Source: an uncultured Desulfobacterium sp.
GTDB taxonomy: Bacteria; Desulfobacterota; Desulfobacteria; Desulfobacterales; Desulfobacteraceae
Direction of reading: 5' to 3'
NCBI GenBank assembly: GCA_963676925.1
Contig: OY781473.1
Location: forward strand, 1,218,397 to 1,250,396
DNA length: 32,000 nt
The translations under genes and the position numbers were made by a program. The notes beneath the pieces were generated by a model. The model was not told the origin of the DNA. It saw only the letters and a list, made by a program, of their open reading frames with translations, and did no database searches. Numbering within the stretch: the stretch's first letter is position 1; each line of letters begins with the position of its first letter. Below are positions 17,051 through 25,424 of this stretch, piece after piece.

Positions 17051-18007
17051 ATGAAGATTGCACTTTTATACGAGCACCCCACCTGGTCCGACGCCCTGAT
17101 TGAAACATTTAAATCCAATGGGATTGATTTAAGACGGATCAATGTTGCAGACCTCTCTTTTTGCCCGGACCAAGGGTGCCCTGATTTTAATTTCGCTGTC
17201 AACCGCATTAATATCATGCCCTCTTCGGGAAGGGATCCATCCGTTGTTTTCCATACCCTTCACTACCTGAACTGGCTGGAAGCCATGGGAGTCACCCTTG
17301 TCAACGGCAGCCGTACCCACTTTGCCGGTGCTTCCAAGGCGCTACAAAACGGTTTGTTCGCCAGACTGGGACTCCACTGCCCCCGGGCGGTTGCCGTCCA
17401 TCGGCCCGAGGATGTCTTGACGGCCGCCGAATCTATCGGGTTCCCGCTGATCATCAAACCCAATATCGGTGGCTCCGGAAGCGGGATTGCCCGGTATGAC
17501 AGCGATGATGAACTGGAAGCCGCGGTTGCGTCGGGGAATGTCGATCTGGGAATTGACGGCACCGGCCTGGTCCAGGAATATATCCATTCCGATGGCTACG
17601 TCTACCGGGTTGAAATCCTTGGCAAACGCCTCTTTTACAGCATCAAACAGAAAATGGTGGCAAACACCTTTAACTATTGCGCAGCAGACGGCTGCTCCGT
17701 GACTCAAACGTCCCATGGCAAGACCGACGCCTTTGACCATTGCGCCCTGAACCCGGAGGTCCGGATCCAGGCGTTTGAAGCCGATGAGACCATTGTTGCC
17801 CAGGTGGTATCCATCATACAGGGTGCCGGTGCCGATCTTGGCGGTGTGGAATACCTCCTGGACACCCGCACGGGCAAACCCTGCTTCTATGATTTCAACC
17901 CCTACTCAAACTTTGTCTCCAACGGCCAGGCCCTGCTCGGGTTTTCCCCGGAACAACGATTTGTTGACTATGTTAAAGCGTTATATACCAGACACAACCC
18001 GGCCTGA
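17051..18007 (+). CDS. ATP-grasp domain protein (RimK / glutathione-synthetase-like ligase), 318 aa
   Basis: ATP-grasp motifs are IIKPNIGGSGSGI, LVQEYI and GGVEYL, then DFNP. The start at ATG 17051 has an AAGGA SD. The longer ORF from 16793 overlaps hgcB and is rejected. Confidence 0.85.
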   Translation: MKIALLYEHPTWSDALIETFKSNGIDLRRINVADLSFCPDQGCPDFNFAVNRINIMPSSGRDPSVVFHTLHYLNWLEAMGVTLVNGSRTHFAGASKALQNGLFARLGLHCPRAVAVHRPEDVLTAAESIGFPLIIKPNIGGSGSGIARYDSDDELEAAVASGNVDLGIDGTGLVQEYIHSDGYVYRVEILGKRLFYSIKQKMVANTFNYCAADGCSVTQTSHGKTDAFDHCALNPEVRIQAFEADETIVAQVVSIIQGAGADLGGVEYLLDTRTGKPCFYDFNPYSNFVSNGQALLGFSPEQRFVDYVKALYTRHNPA

Positions 18008-18051
18008 GACTCGATCCGGGTCCACGGCAATCCGATGGCCCGGGGGGAACA

Positions 18052-19113
18052 TCAGGGCAACGGATACTTTCCGATGCGGTCGTTGTGCAGGCTTCCAAGA
18101 TAGAGGAACCCGTTATATTCCCTGGCAGAGGTGATGGCCCCCAGGTGTTTGCCGGTGGGATCATGCAGGCTCTGGGTGATCTTTCCCTGCTCATCCAGGG
18201 CCACCACCAGACCGTAGGGTTTTGGCAGGGGCCACAGGCTTTGGGGCAGTTTGGACATCTGCGCTTTGACAAAGGGATAGGACTGAATAAGGTCCACGGC
18301 TCTGTTCCGCAGGGTAAAAAGGGCCAGCCAGAAGGTGCCGTTACGATTGCTTGAAATATTGTCCGGAAATCCCGGCAGATTATCAATAAAAACATCCCAG
18401 GTCCCTGTCCGGGGGCCCTTCAGCCAGTAACGGATCACCCTGAAACGATAGGTTTCATTGATTAAAACAAAGTCTTCCTGGCTGGACAGGGCCACCCCAT
18501 TGGCAAAATACAACTCCTTCAGCAAAACCCGAACGTGGCCGCTGTCTGGATCGTAAACCATGAACCGGCCATGGGGCCTTGATTCCAGAAGGTCATACAG
18601 ATACTCATTCGGAGAGTACTTTAGGCTTGCATCGGTAAAATAGATGGTCCCGTCACGGGCAATATCCAGGCCATCGGTGAACTTGAAGGCGCCACCGTCT
18701 GCCGCGGTGGCAAGCACCCTGATCTGCCCTTCGGGGTTGATGGAAAGCAACCCCTTAAAGGCATCACAGACAATCAAATTGCCATGGGTGTCAAACTGCA
18801 TCCCCAGGGGGCGGCCCCGGGTTTCGGCAAAGGTTTCCAGATTTCCATCGGCCAGAAGCCTCACGATCCTACCGTCCTGGACTCCCCCATAAACACGGCC
18901 CTGGCTGTCCACGGCCACCTCTTCGGGCCCGTGGATTTTCCCCAGGGCCAGAAGTTCGGCCTGCTGCAAAAGGGTGTTGGGGGAAAGGGCGCCGGCAAGG
19001 GGCTGCAGTCGGGCAGGGGCATAGGCCACCGGATCAATGGGTGCCGGCTGGACCAGGAAAATCGCGATGATCGTTGCCAGCGTTACACCCGTCCCGATCA
19101 CTATCTTTCCCAT
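18052..19113 (-). CDS. Strictosidine-synthase-like / SMP-30-gluconolactonase-LRE family beta-propeller protein with an N-terminal signal anchor
   Basis: The ATG at 19113 has an AGGAGG SD. The N-terminal hydrophobic helix is IVIGTGVTLATIIAIFLV. Propeller motifs include FTDGLDIARDGTIYFTD and FANGVALS. Confidence 0.8.
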   Translation of the reverse strand: MGKIVIGTGVTLATIIAIFLVQPAPIDPVAYAPARLQPLAGALSPNTLLQQAELLALGKIHGPEEVAVDSQGRVYGGVQDGRIVRLLADGNLETFAETRGRPLGMQFDTHGNLIVCDAFKGLLSINPEGQIRVLATAADGGAFKFTDGLDIARDGTIYFTDASLKYSPNEYLYDLLESRPHGRFMVYDPDSGHVRVLLKELYFANGVALSSQEDFVLINETYRFRVIRYWLKGPRTGTWDVFIDNLPGFPDNISSNRNGTFWLALFTLRNRAVDLIQSYPFVKAQMSKLPQSLWPLPKPYGLVVALDEQGKITQSLHDPTGKHLGAITSAREYNGFLYLGSLHNDRIGKYPLP

Positions 19114-19153
19114 ACCCGGATCCTCCTGTGCCTGATTATCAAATCGTTTTTGT

Positions 19154-21262
19154 CTAAACGAGCCCCTTGCCGGCCTGGGCCTGGATGGCTGTGATGGCAA
19201 CCGTGTTAACAATGTCCGGAACGGTGCATCCCCGGCTCAGGTCGTTGATGGGTTTGTTCAACCCCTGGAGGACGGGACCGATGGCCACGGCCTTTTCCGA
19301 GGCCCGCTGGACCGCCTTGTAGGTATTGTTTCCCGTGTTCAGATCAGGAAAAATAAACACCGTGGCCCGTCCTGCCACCATGGAATCGGGCAGTTTTGTC
19401 CTTGCTACTTCAGGATCAATGGCGGCATCGTATTGAAGCGGCCCTTCAATGGGCAGGGACGGCATCATCTGCCGGGCGAGCTTCGTGGCCTGGATCACCT
19501 TTTCCACATCCACCCCCGTTCCTGAAGATCCCGTGGAATAGGAAAGCATGGCAACCCTTGGTTCCACACCAAAAACGGCTGCCGTCTTTGCCGACGTGAT
19601 GGCAATCTCAGCCAGCTGTTCGGCAGTCGGGTTCGGGTTGATGGCGCAGTCTCCAAACACCAGGACCCGGTCCTTGAGGCACATGAGAAACACCGACGAA
19701 ACAATGGAGGCTCCCGGGCGGGTCTTGATGATCTGAAATCCCGGTGTGATGGTGTGGGCCGTTGTGTTGATCGATCCGGACACCATGCCGTCGGCATCCC
19801 CCTTGTGAACCATCATGGTTCCAAAATAGGTGGGGTCCACCATGGTATCCCCGGCCATGTCCAGGGTAACGCCCTTTGACTTGCGTATCTCATAGAAAGT
19901 CTTGACATAATCCTCCAGAAGCAGGCTCTTGTCCGGCTGCACAATCTTTGCCCCGGACAGATCCAGACCCAGCTCCTGGATCTTTTGATTGACGGCATCC
20001 TCCCGGCCGAGCAGGGTGATGTCACAGACGCAGCGACGCAAAAGGATCTCAGCAGCCCGCAGGATTCTCTCGCCAATGCCCTCGGGCAGCACAATATGCT
20101 GCCGTGTCTTTTTTGCCTTTTCAATGAGGCCGAACTCGAACATCTGGGGAGTGATGCGCAGGGATTTCCTTGCAGCCAGTTTGTCGCGAAACTCTTCGGT
20201 ATCCACATGGCTTTCAAACGTGCCAAGGGCCAGGGCGATCCGCTTGGGATTTTCCGGAGAGATCCTTCCCTGGAGCCGGTTCAAGGCCATTACCGTGGAA
20301 TAGGTTGTTGCCCCCGACTGGAGGATGGGTACGGGTACGCCTTTCCACCCCTCGATAAGCCGCATGATGGTTTCCGGCATCCGGATTCCCTCGGTCACCA
20401 GGATACCTGAGATATCGGGATAGGATGCGGAATGCCTGGAGGCAAGGCCGGTCAAAACAATGCTTGACCGATCCCCCGAACTCACCACCAGGCTGTCCTT
20501 CTTGATGTGGTTAAGGAAATCCGGGGCCAGCATGGCGGCAATAATGCAATCCGAGATCTGGTTGTCCATGGCTTCCTGGCCATAAAGCACCTCTGCGCCA
20601 AAATATTTCTGAACGTCCCTGACGGTCGGCCGACTCAGGGTATCGAGTTCCGGAATCGTGTAGACCAGGCTGTCGGGCCGTCGGATTTTCTCTTTAAGGG
20701 TGGCCCTTAATTCTTCCAGACAAAGGGGATCCACGCGGTTGACCAGAACGCCAAGCACATCCACCCCCTTGTTCTCAAAGCTCTCAATCGAGAGCTGGTT
20801 GGAGCTGACCACCTCATCAATACTTTTACGGTAACCATTTGCCACCACCAGGGCAGGCGTGCCAAGATCAGCCATGATGTCGGCGTTGATATCAAACTCA
20901 AAGGCTTCACTGCCGGCAGCGAAATCCGTGCCCTCACACAGAACAAACCGGCACTTTTCCTCGAGCTGTTTGTACTTGTTGAGTATGGTCTCCATCATTT
21001 CAGACTGGCGCCCCGAATTGATCATGTTCTTTGCCTCTTCCATGGTATAGGCATAGGTTTCCTCATACCTTAAGCCCATGTAGAAGTGGGACAGCACAAG
21101 ATCGATGTCAAAGTCTTTGCCCTTGTTTTCGGGCGGGTTGATGATGGGCCTGAAAAACCCGACAATTCGGATGTCCCTCAACAACAGCTGCATGATTCCG
21201 AGTACAATCAGTGATTTTCCACTTTTGGTCTGGGTGGGTGTAATGTAAAGACTTTTTGCCAT
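19154..21262 (-). CDS. pta: Phosphate acetyltransferase, long form (N-terminal P-loop/DRTGG region plus the PTA_PTB catalytic domain)
   Basis: At 702 aa it has the N-terminus LYITPTQTKSGKS typical of long Pta and catalytic-domain motifs (SGSINTTAHT, NKPINDLSRG). Confidence 0.93.
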   Translation of the reverse strand: MAKSLYITPTQTKSGKSLIVLGIMQLLLRDIRIVGFFRPIINPPENKGKDFDIDLVLSHFYMGLRYEETYAYTMEEAKNMINSGRQSEMMETILNKYKQLEEKCRFVLCEGTDFAAGSEAFEFDINADIMADLGTPALVVANGYRKSIDEVVSSNQLSIESFENKGVDVLGVLVNRVDPLCLEELRATLKEKIRRPDSLVYTIPELDTLSRPTVRDVQKYFGAEVLYGQEAMDNQISDCIIAAMLAPDFLNHIKKDSLVVSSGDRSSIVLTGLASRHSASYPDISGILVTEGIRMPETIMRLIEGWKGVPVPILQSGATTYSTVMALNRLQGRISPENPKRIALALGTFESHVDTEEFRDKLAARKSLRITPQMFEFGLIEKAKKTRQHIVLPEGIGERILRAAEILLRRCVCDITLLGREDAVNQKIQELGLDLSGAKIVQPDKSLLLEDYVKTFYEIRKSKGVTLDMAGDTMVDPTYFGTMMVHKGDADGMVSGSINTTAHTITPGFQIIKTRPGASIVSSVFLMCLKDRVLVFGDCAINPNPTAEQLAEIAITSAKTAAVFGVEPRVAMLSYSTGSSGTGVDVEKVIQATKLARQMMPSLPIEGPLQYDAAIDPEVARTKLPDSMVAGRATVFIFPDLNTGNNTYKAVQRASEKAVAIGPVLQGLNKPINDLSRGCTVPDIVNTVAITAIQAQAGKGLV

Positions 21263-21306
21263 GTTTAAATCCTTTTTTTGTTTTTTTGAATGACAGCAAG
21301 CCTTTT

Positions 21307-21322
21307 AGCAAGATAGATGCCA
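21307..21322 (-). promoter_or_regulatory. Sigma-54 (-24/-12) promoter candidate upstream of pta: TGGCAT-CTATC-TTGCT
   Basis: The minus strand reads TGGCATCTATCTTGCT with correct GG-N10-GC spacing, about 45 nt upstream of the pta ATG. Confidence 0.6.
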
Positions 21323-21517
21323 CGGCAGATTGCCTGCCTGCAATGACGACCGTCCGGCCCCAAAAATGTTGAAACCCCACCCATACATGAATTTTTTACC
21401 GTCCGGACAATCAGATGGCCAATCCCATCGTGTGCTGCGACAGCAGCGGGTATGATGTTTTTTTTCATGGTGTAAAAAGAATTGACACCCATGATCCTGG
21501 TTGATCACCGCCCCTTA

Positions 21518-22870
21518 CTATTTATATTCAGACGGCTCTATCCCATATTTTTTCACCTTATAATGAATGGCGCGTTTACTGATGTTCAAAAGGTCGGCAG
21601 CGTGTTTCTGCACCCCCCTTGATTCTTTCAACGCCCGGATAATCGTATTTTTTTCGCTTTGTTCAATGGAAAAGTCCTGTTGTGCGTCAGATACCAGGGT
21701 CGCACCCTTTCGGATGTTCTCAATCTGAAGGTCCCAGGGCTGAATGGTATGGTCCTGGCAGAGAATGGTTCCGGCTTCAAGGGTGTTTTTCAATTCCCTG
21801 ATGTTTCCGGGCCATGGATGTTCCAGGAGGACCTTCATGGTTGTATCTGCGATCCGGGTTGACTCAATGCCCTGGGCCCGGGTGTATCGATCCACAAAGA
21901 AATGTGACAGCAGCAGAATATCCTCTTTTCGTTCCCTCAGGGGAGGGATGGTCAGGGTAATGCCCTTTAACCGGTAATAGAGATCCTGTCGAAAGGTACC
22001 GGATTCAATATCCGCCATTAAATCGGCATTGGTCGCTGCAATGATCCTGCAATCGATGATTGCATCCCGGACCGAACCGACTTGCCGGATTTTCCCGTCC
22101 TCCAGAAATCTCAACAACCGGCATTGCATCTCCTGGGAAATGTTGCCGATTTCATCCAGAAAGAGTGTACCCCGGTCTGCAGCCTGAATCAGGCCCTGTT
22201 TATCTTTAACTGCGGTGGTAAACGCACCTTTGACATGTCCGAACAATTCGCTCTCCAGGATACCGTCCGGTGTGGAACCACAGTCAACGACCCTATACGG
22301 ATGGGACTTTCTGGTGCTGTTCTGGTGAATGTAGCTGGCAATGCATTCTTTGCCCACACCGCTTTCACCGAGAATCAACACGTTTACCTGGGTGGCCGAA
22401 ACCTTTTGAACCATGGAATAAAGCGCTTTCATGACCCGGCTTTTACCCCAGTAATAATCGCCTTCAAAGGCGGTCGGACATTTTTTCTCTTTAACCCTGA
22501 CCTGGGCAGCAAGGGTATCATTAATTTTCTGGATCAGCATCCGGCCGTCAAAGGGTTTTGAAATATAATCAACCGCCCCCTGCCGTATGGCATCCACCGC
22601 ATCCGGAATCGTACCGTAGGCGGTCAGGAAAATAACGGGGAGATCCGGAAGCTTTTTCTGAATTTGTGTGAATAATTCAATACCGCTTTTTTGGGGCATC
22701 TTTACGTCTGAGACGAGGAGATCAATGGGTTGAGCCTCTAATATCTGGATGGCAGTTGCTGCATCCCTGGCCCTTAATACTGTAAAATTTGACGCTGTAA
22801 GCCTTGCATCAAGCACTTCAAGGATACTGGGGTCGTCATCAACGATTAATATTATAGGACCGGCCGTCAT
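21518..22870 (-). CDS. Sigma-54-dependent response regulator (NtrC family enhancer-binding protein)
   Basis: It has a receiver domain (IVDDD, LLVSDVKMP), an AAA+ domain with Walker A GESGVGKE and a GAFTGA-loop variant GAFTTA, and a C-terminal Fis-type HTH (AADLLNISKRAIHYKVKKYGI). Confidence 0.92.
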   Translation of the reverse strand: MTAGPIILIVDDDPSILEVLDARLTASNFTVLRARDAATAIQILEAQPIDLLVSDVKMPQKSGIELFTQIQKKLPDLPVIFLTAYGTIPDAVDAIRQGAVDYISKPFDGRMLIQKINDTLAAQVRVKEKKCPTAFEGDYYWGKSRVMKALYSMVQKVSATQVNVLILGESGVGKECIASYIHQNSTRKSHPYRVVDCGSTPDGILESELFGHVKGAFTTAVKDKQGLIQAADRGTLFLDEIGNISQEMQCRLLRFLEDGKIRQVGSVRDAIIDCRIIAATNADLMADIESGTFRQDLYYRLKGITLTIPPLRERKEDILLLSHFFVDRYTRAQGIESTRIADTTMKVLLEHPWPGNIRELKNTLEAGTILCQDHTIQPWDLQIENIRKGATLVSDAQQDFSIEQSEKNTIIRALKESRGVQKHAADLLNISKRAIHYKVKKYGIEPSEYK

Positions 22871-23580
22871 TGCGTTTTCCTTTTTTCCTGGAGATCCTGG
22901 TCAATGCTTTCAAGGGTTGAGATCTGGTGCTGGAGGGTTTTGACAAGGGTCTGTAATTTATGGATCTCCCGGTTTTGTTTTGCGGTTTTGGCTTTCAATC
23001 CGTCAATCAGGTTTAAGTTTGCCTGTTGTTCTGCCATCATCAGGCGGCTGCCGTGTTCCAGGGCCCTGATCAGCAATTCAGAATCTTTGGGCGGAGCAAC
23101 GCCCACCCCGGCACTGTCTGCCTGGGTGCTGTTCCGGTTATAATGCTGCAAAAATGAAACCAGAACCCGATGGAATGCCGAGGCATCCCCTGCAGTGGCC
23201 AATGTTACACAGACCAGGCCAAAACGCCCATAACTTTGATCTTCAGAACCTTCTGCAAGCTCTGACAGCGCCTGAAATTTTTCTCTGGCAAGCAGGTAAT
23301 CCCCACTTAAAAAAGCCTGGCGGGACTGTTTGACCATCATGTTTTCCGTGACCACCTTATTTTCATCGATCATTATATTTTCATCGTTCATCATATCTTC
23401 ATCGACCGTCATATCTTCATAGACCGTCACATCTTCCTTGACCACCGGATACCTGCTCTGGTGTTGGCATCCAATCAGAACAACTCCCAGGCATAAAAAT
23501 AAGACAAACCAGTACAACCCAAAGAACCGGCTGGCATTAAATTTCAAAATACCATCATTCACGTATGATCCAAACATCAA
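22867..23580 (-). CDS. Putative lipoprotein with an acidic hexapeptide-repeat linker and a C-terminal coiled coil
   Basis: The signal peptide ends in the lipobox LIGC. It sits 9 nt after the kinase stop, and its stop overlaps the regulator ATG (ATGA). Confidence 0.65.
   Translation of the reverse strand: MMFGSYVNDGILKFNASRFFGLYWFVLFLCLGVVLIGCQHQSRYPVVKEDVTVYEDMTVDEDMMNDENIMIDENKVVTENMMVKQSRQAFLSGDYLLAREKFQALSELAEGSEDQSYGRFGLVCVTLATAGDASAFHRVLVSFLQHYNRNSTQADSAGVGVAPPKDSELLIRALEHGSRLMMAEQQANLNLIDGLKAKTAKQNREIHKLQTLVKTLQHQISTLESIDQDLQEKRKTQ
23335..23445 (-). repeat. About six degenerate tandem 18-nt (hexapeptide) repeats inside the lipoprotein gene
   Basis: The protein reads VVKEDV/TVYEDM/TVDEDM/MNDENI/MIDENK/VVTENM. 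The DNA units atcttcatcgaccgtcat, atcttcatagaccgtcac and atcttccttgaccaccgg are visible on the plus strand. Confidence 0.7.
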
Positions 23581-23589
23581 TCCAATCTC

Positions 23590-25035
23590 CTATACCGATA
23601 TTTTTTTCTCAACAGGCAGGGTAAACGTAAAGGTACATCCTTTGTCTGTATTGTTTTCAACAAATATTCGACCGCCGTGGGACTGTACAATTCTCCTGGA
23701 GATATTCAGACCGAGCCCGACCCCGCTCATATGGTTTCTGACTTCCTCTGCCCGATAGTATCGCTTGAAAACCAAACCGTGTTTTTCCCGTGGGATGCCC
23801 GGGCCGGTGTCTGAAATATTAAAGCTCAAAAACCCATCCTCCCTGGATTTTGAAAGCCAGATCTCCACCCGGCTGTTTTCATCTGAAAATTTTATGGCAT
23901 TGCCGATAATATTCATCAATACCTGCATAATCTCCTTTTCTTCACCCATTACCCGGGGTGCCCCGGGCAGGGGGTGGGCCTGCACATGGGTGTGTTTGGT
24001 CTTTGCTGTGGGGTCAAGGGCCTGAATCGCTTGAACAATGAGCTGGTTGGGATCAAGCGGGGCTGGATTTGATTTTTGAGTGCCGGCCTCGAGCATGGAA
24101 ATGTCCAGCAGGTGGTTTAACAGACTGGTGATCCGGGTAATTTCAGAACCGGCCAGTTTTAAAAATTTCTTTTGTCGTTCATTTACCGGGCCCAGGATCT
24201 CTTCGATAATCATGTTAACGGATTCCTGAACAGACGAGAGCGGAGTTCTGATTTCATGGCTCAAGGTGGCAATAAAATCAGACCGGATATCTTCGTCAGC
24301 CTTGAGTTGATGGCTCATATCATTGAATGCATCTGCAAGTTCCCCGAATTCATCCCTGGATGAAACAACGACCTCGTGGGCATAATTATCCATTGAAATC
24401 TGTCTCAACCCCAGCTTTAATTTATTCAACGGGGTTAACATTGATTTTGAAATAAACAAAATACCGAACAACCCGACAACCATGGAGATACCAAATCCGA
24501 TCAAACCGTTGCGTACAACCTGACGGCTTTGACGATTTATCCGGATAAGGCCCTGTTTGATTTGCAAATCATTGGTTTCCCTGGCCGTTGAAATAAGGTC
24601 CATCCACTCAATGATCAGGTCTTCCTGGTCCCATTGTGCAGGCAAATCCATGAAGTCATCCTTTGGGCGAAACCCTGTAAACCGCCCATACGCCTGCTCA
24701 ATTTTTCTCCAGGTTTTTGAAAATTCCGGAAGGTTTGATTCCAGGCCGATGATTTGAACCAGGTCCCGGTTGTATGCCTTGCGTGCCGTTTCAAAATAAT
24801 CAAAGTACAGTTTTTTTTTCAACAACCTGAATTTTTTATCATTGACCTCCATATCCATGAGGCTGTCCCGCAGATTCTCGGACAATTCCGCTATCTGGTT
24901 GTTTATGGTCACGATGCGGGAGGATATCTTTGACATATCCCGGACTTTTATAAACATATCCACGACCGTACCGTAAAAAATAAGAATAAAAAGGGAAAAA
25001 AATAGAACCAGTTTTCTTGAAATGCCTAATTTCAT
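23590..25035 (-). CDS. Sensor histidine kinase (TM1, about 150-aa extracytoplasmic helical domain, TM2, HAMP, HisKA, HATPase_c)
   Basis: The H-box is SHEIRTPL, with N/G boxes (NIIGNAIKF, DTGPGI, GVGLGL). The start is taken at ATG 25035; the ORF track begins at GTG 25056. Confidence 0.9.
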   Translation of the reverse strand: MKLGISRKLVLFFSLFILIFYGTVVDMFIKVRDMSKISSRIVTINNQIAELSENLRDSLMDMEVNDKKFRLLKKKLYFDYFETARKAYNRDLVQIIGLESNLPEFSKTWRKIEQAYGRFTGFRPKDDFMDLPAQWDQEDLIIEWMDLISTARETNDLQIKQGLIRINRQSRQVVRNGLIGFGISMVVGLFGILFISKSMLTPLNKLKLGLRQISMDNYAHEVVVSSRDEFGELADAFNDMSHQLKADEDIRSDFIATLSHEIRTPLSSVQESVNMIIEEILGPVNERQKKFLKLAGSEITRITSLLNHLLDISMLEAGTQKSNPAPLDPNQLIVQAIQALDPTAKTKHTHVQAHPLPGAPRVMGEEKEIMQVLMNIIGNAIKFSDENSRVEIWLSKSREDGFLSFNISDTGPGIPREKHGLVFKRYYRAEEVRNHMSGVGLGLNISRRIVQSHGGRIFVENNTDKGCTFTFTLPVEKKISV

Positions 25036-25184
25036 GGGCCTGCTGCCAATATCCACGTTTTACAGGAACCAATGCGTCAGCTTTATTCCAAACGCGTTGA
25101 AGGGCTGTTCGTCCTGCTCTTTTTAAAGGTTTTTAGCATTTGGGGGATCACAAGTCAATCAGGGCAGACGGCCTGACACCAAAA

Positions 25185-25199
25185 GCAATGGAGTTCCCA
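25185..25199 (-). promoter_or_regulatory. Weaker sigma-54-like element facing the kinase operon: TGGGAA-CTCCA-TTGC
   Basis: GG and TTGC are correctly spaced on the minus strand, about 150 nt upstream of the kinase ATG. The core match is only partial. Confidence 0.3.
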
Positions 25200-25309
25200 T
25201 GGAGACAAAGGGTAAATTTCGTACCCAAGGGTGCAATTTTCGTAACTTTCCATGGGCGGAGCACCGTAAAAACACTTGAATTCCACCATTTATCAACCCA
25301 ATTACACCT

Positions 25310-25325
25310 TGGCACGGCGGTTGCT
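25310..25325 (+). promoter_or_regulatory. Sigma-54 (-24/-12) promoter upstream of the GT2 gene: TGGCACGGCGGTTGCT
   Basis: It matches the extended consensus TGGCACGR-N3-TTGCW at every specified position and lies 100 nt upstream of ATG 25425. Confidence 0.75.
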
Positions 25326-25424
25326 ATGGTAGCAGGCAACAAGATGTGGATATGGCAACGTATGCCGCATAAAGCACCATTTAATTTGTATTTCGAAAAA
25401 AAATGAAACAAGGAGGTCAATAAA

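Noticed and set aside
18008-18051. Possible hairpin (CCGGG...CCCGG) between the convergent ATP-grasp and propeller genes, considered as a terminator.
   Set aside because: It has only about 5-7 bp including a wobble, a long loop and no flanking T-run on either strand.
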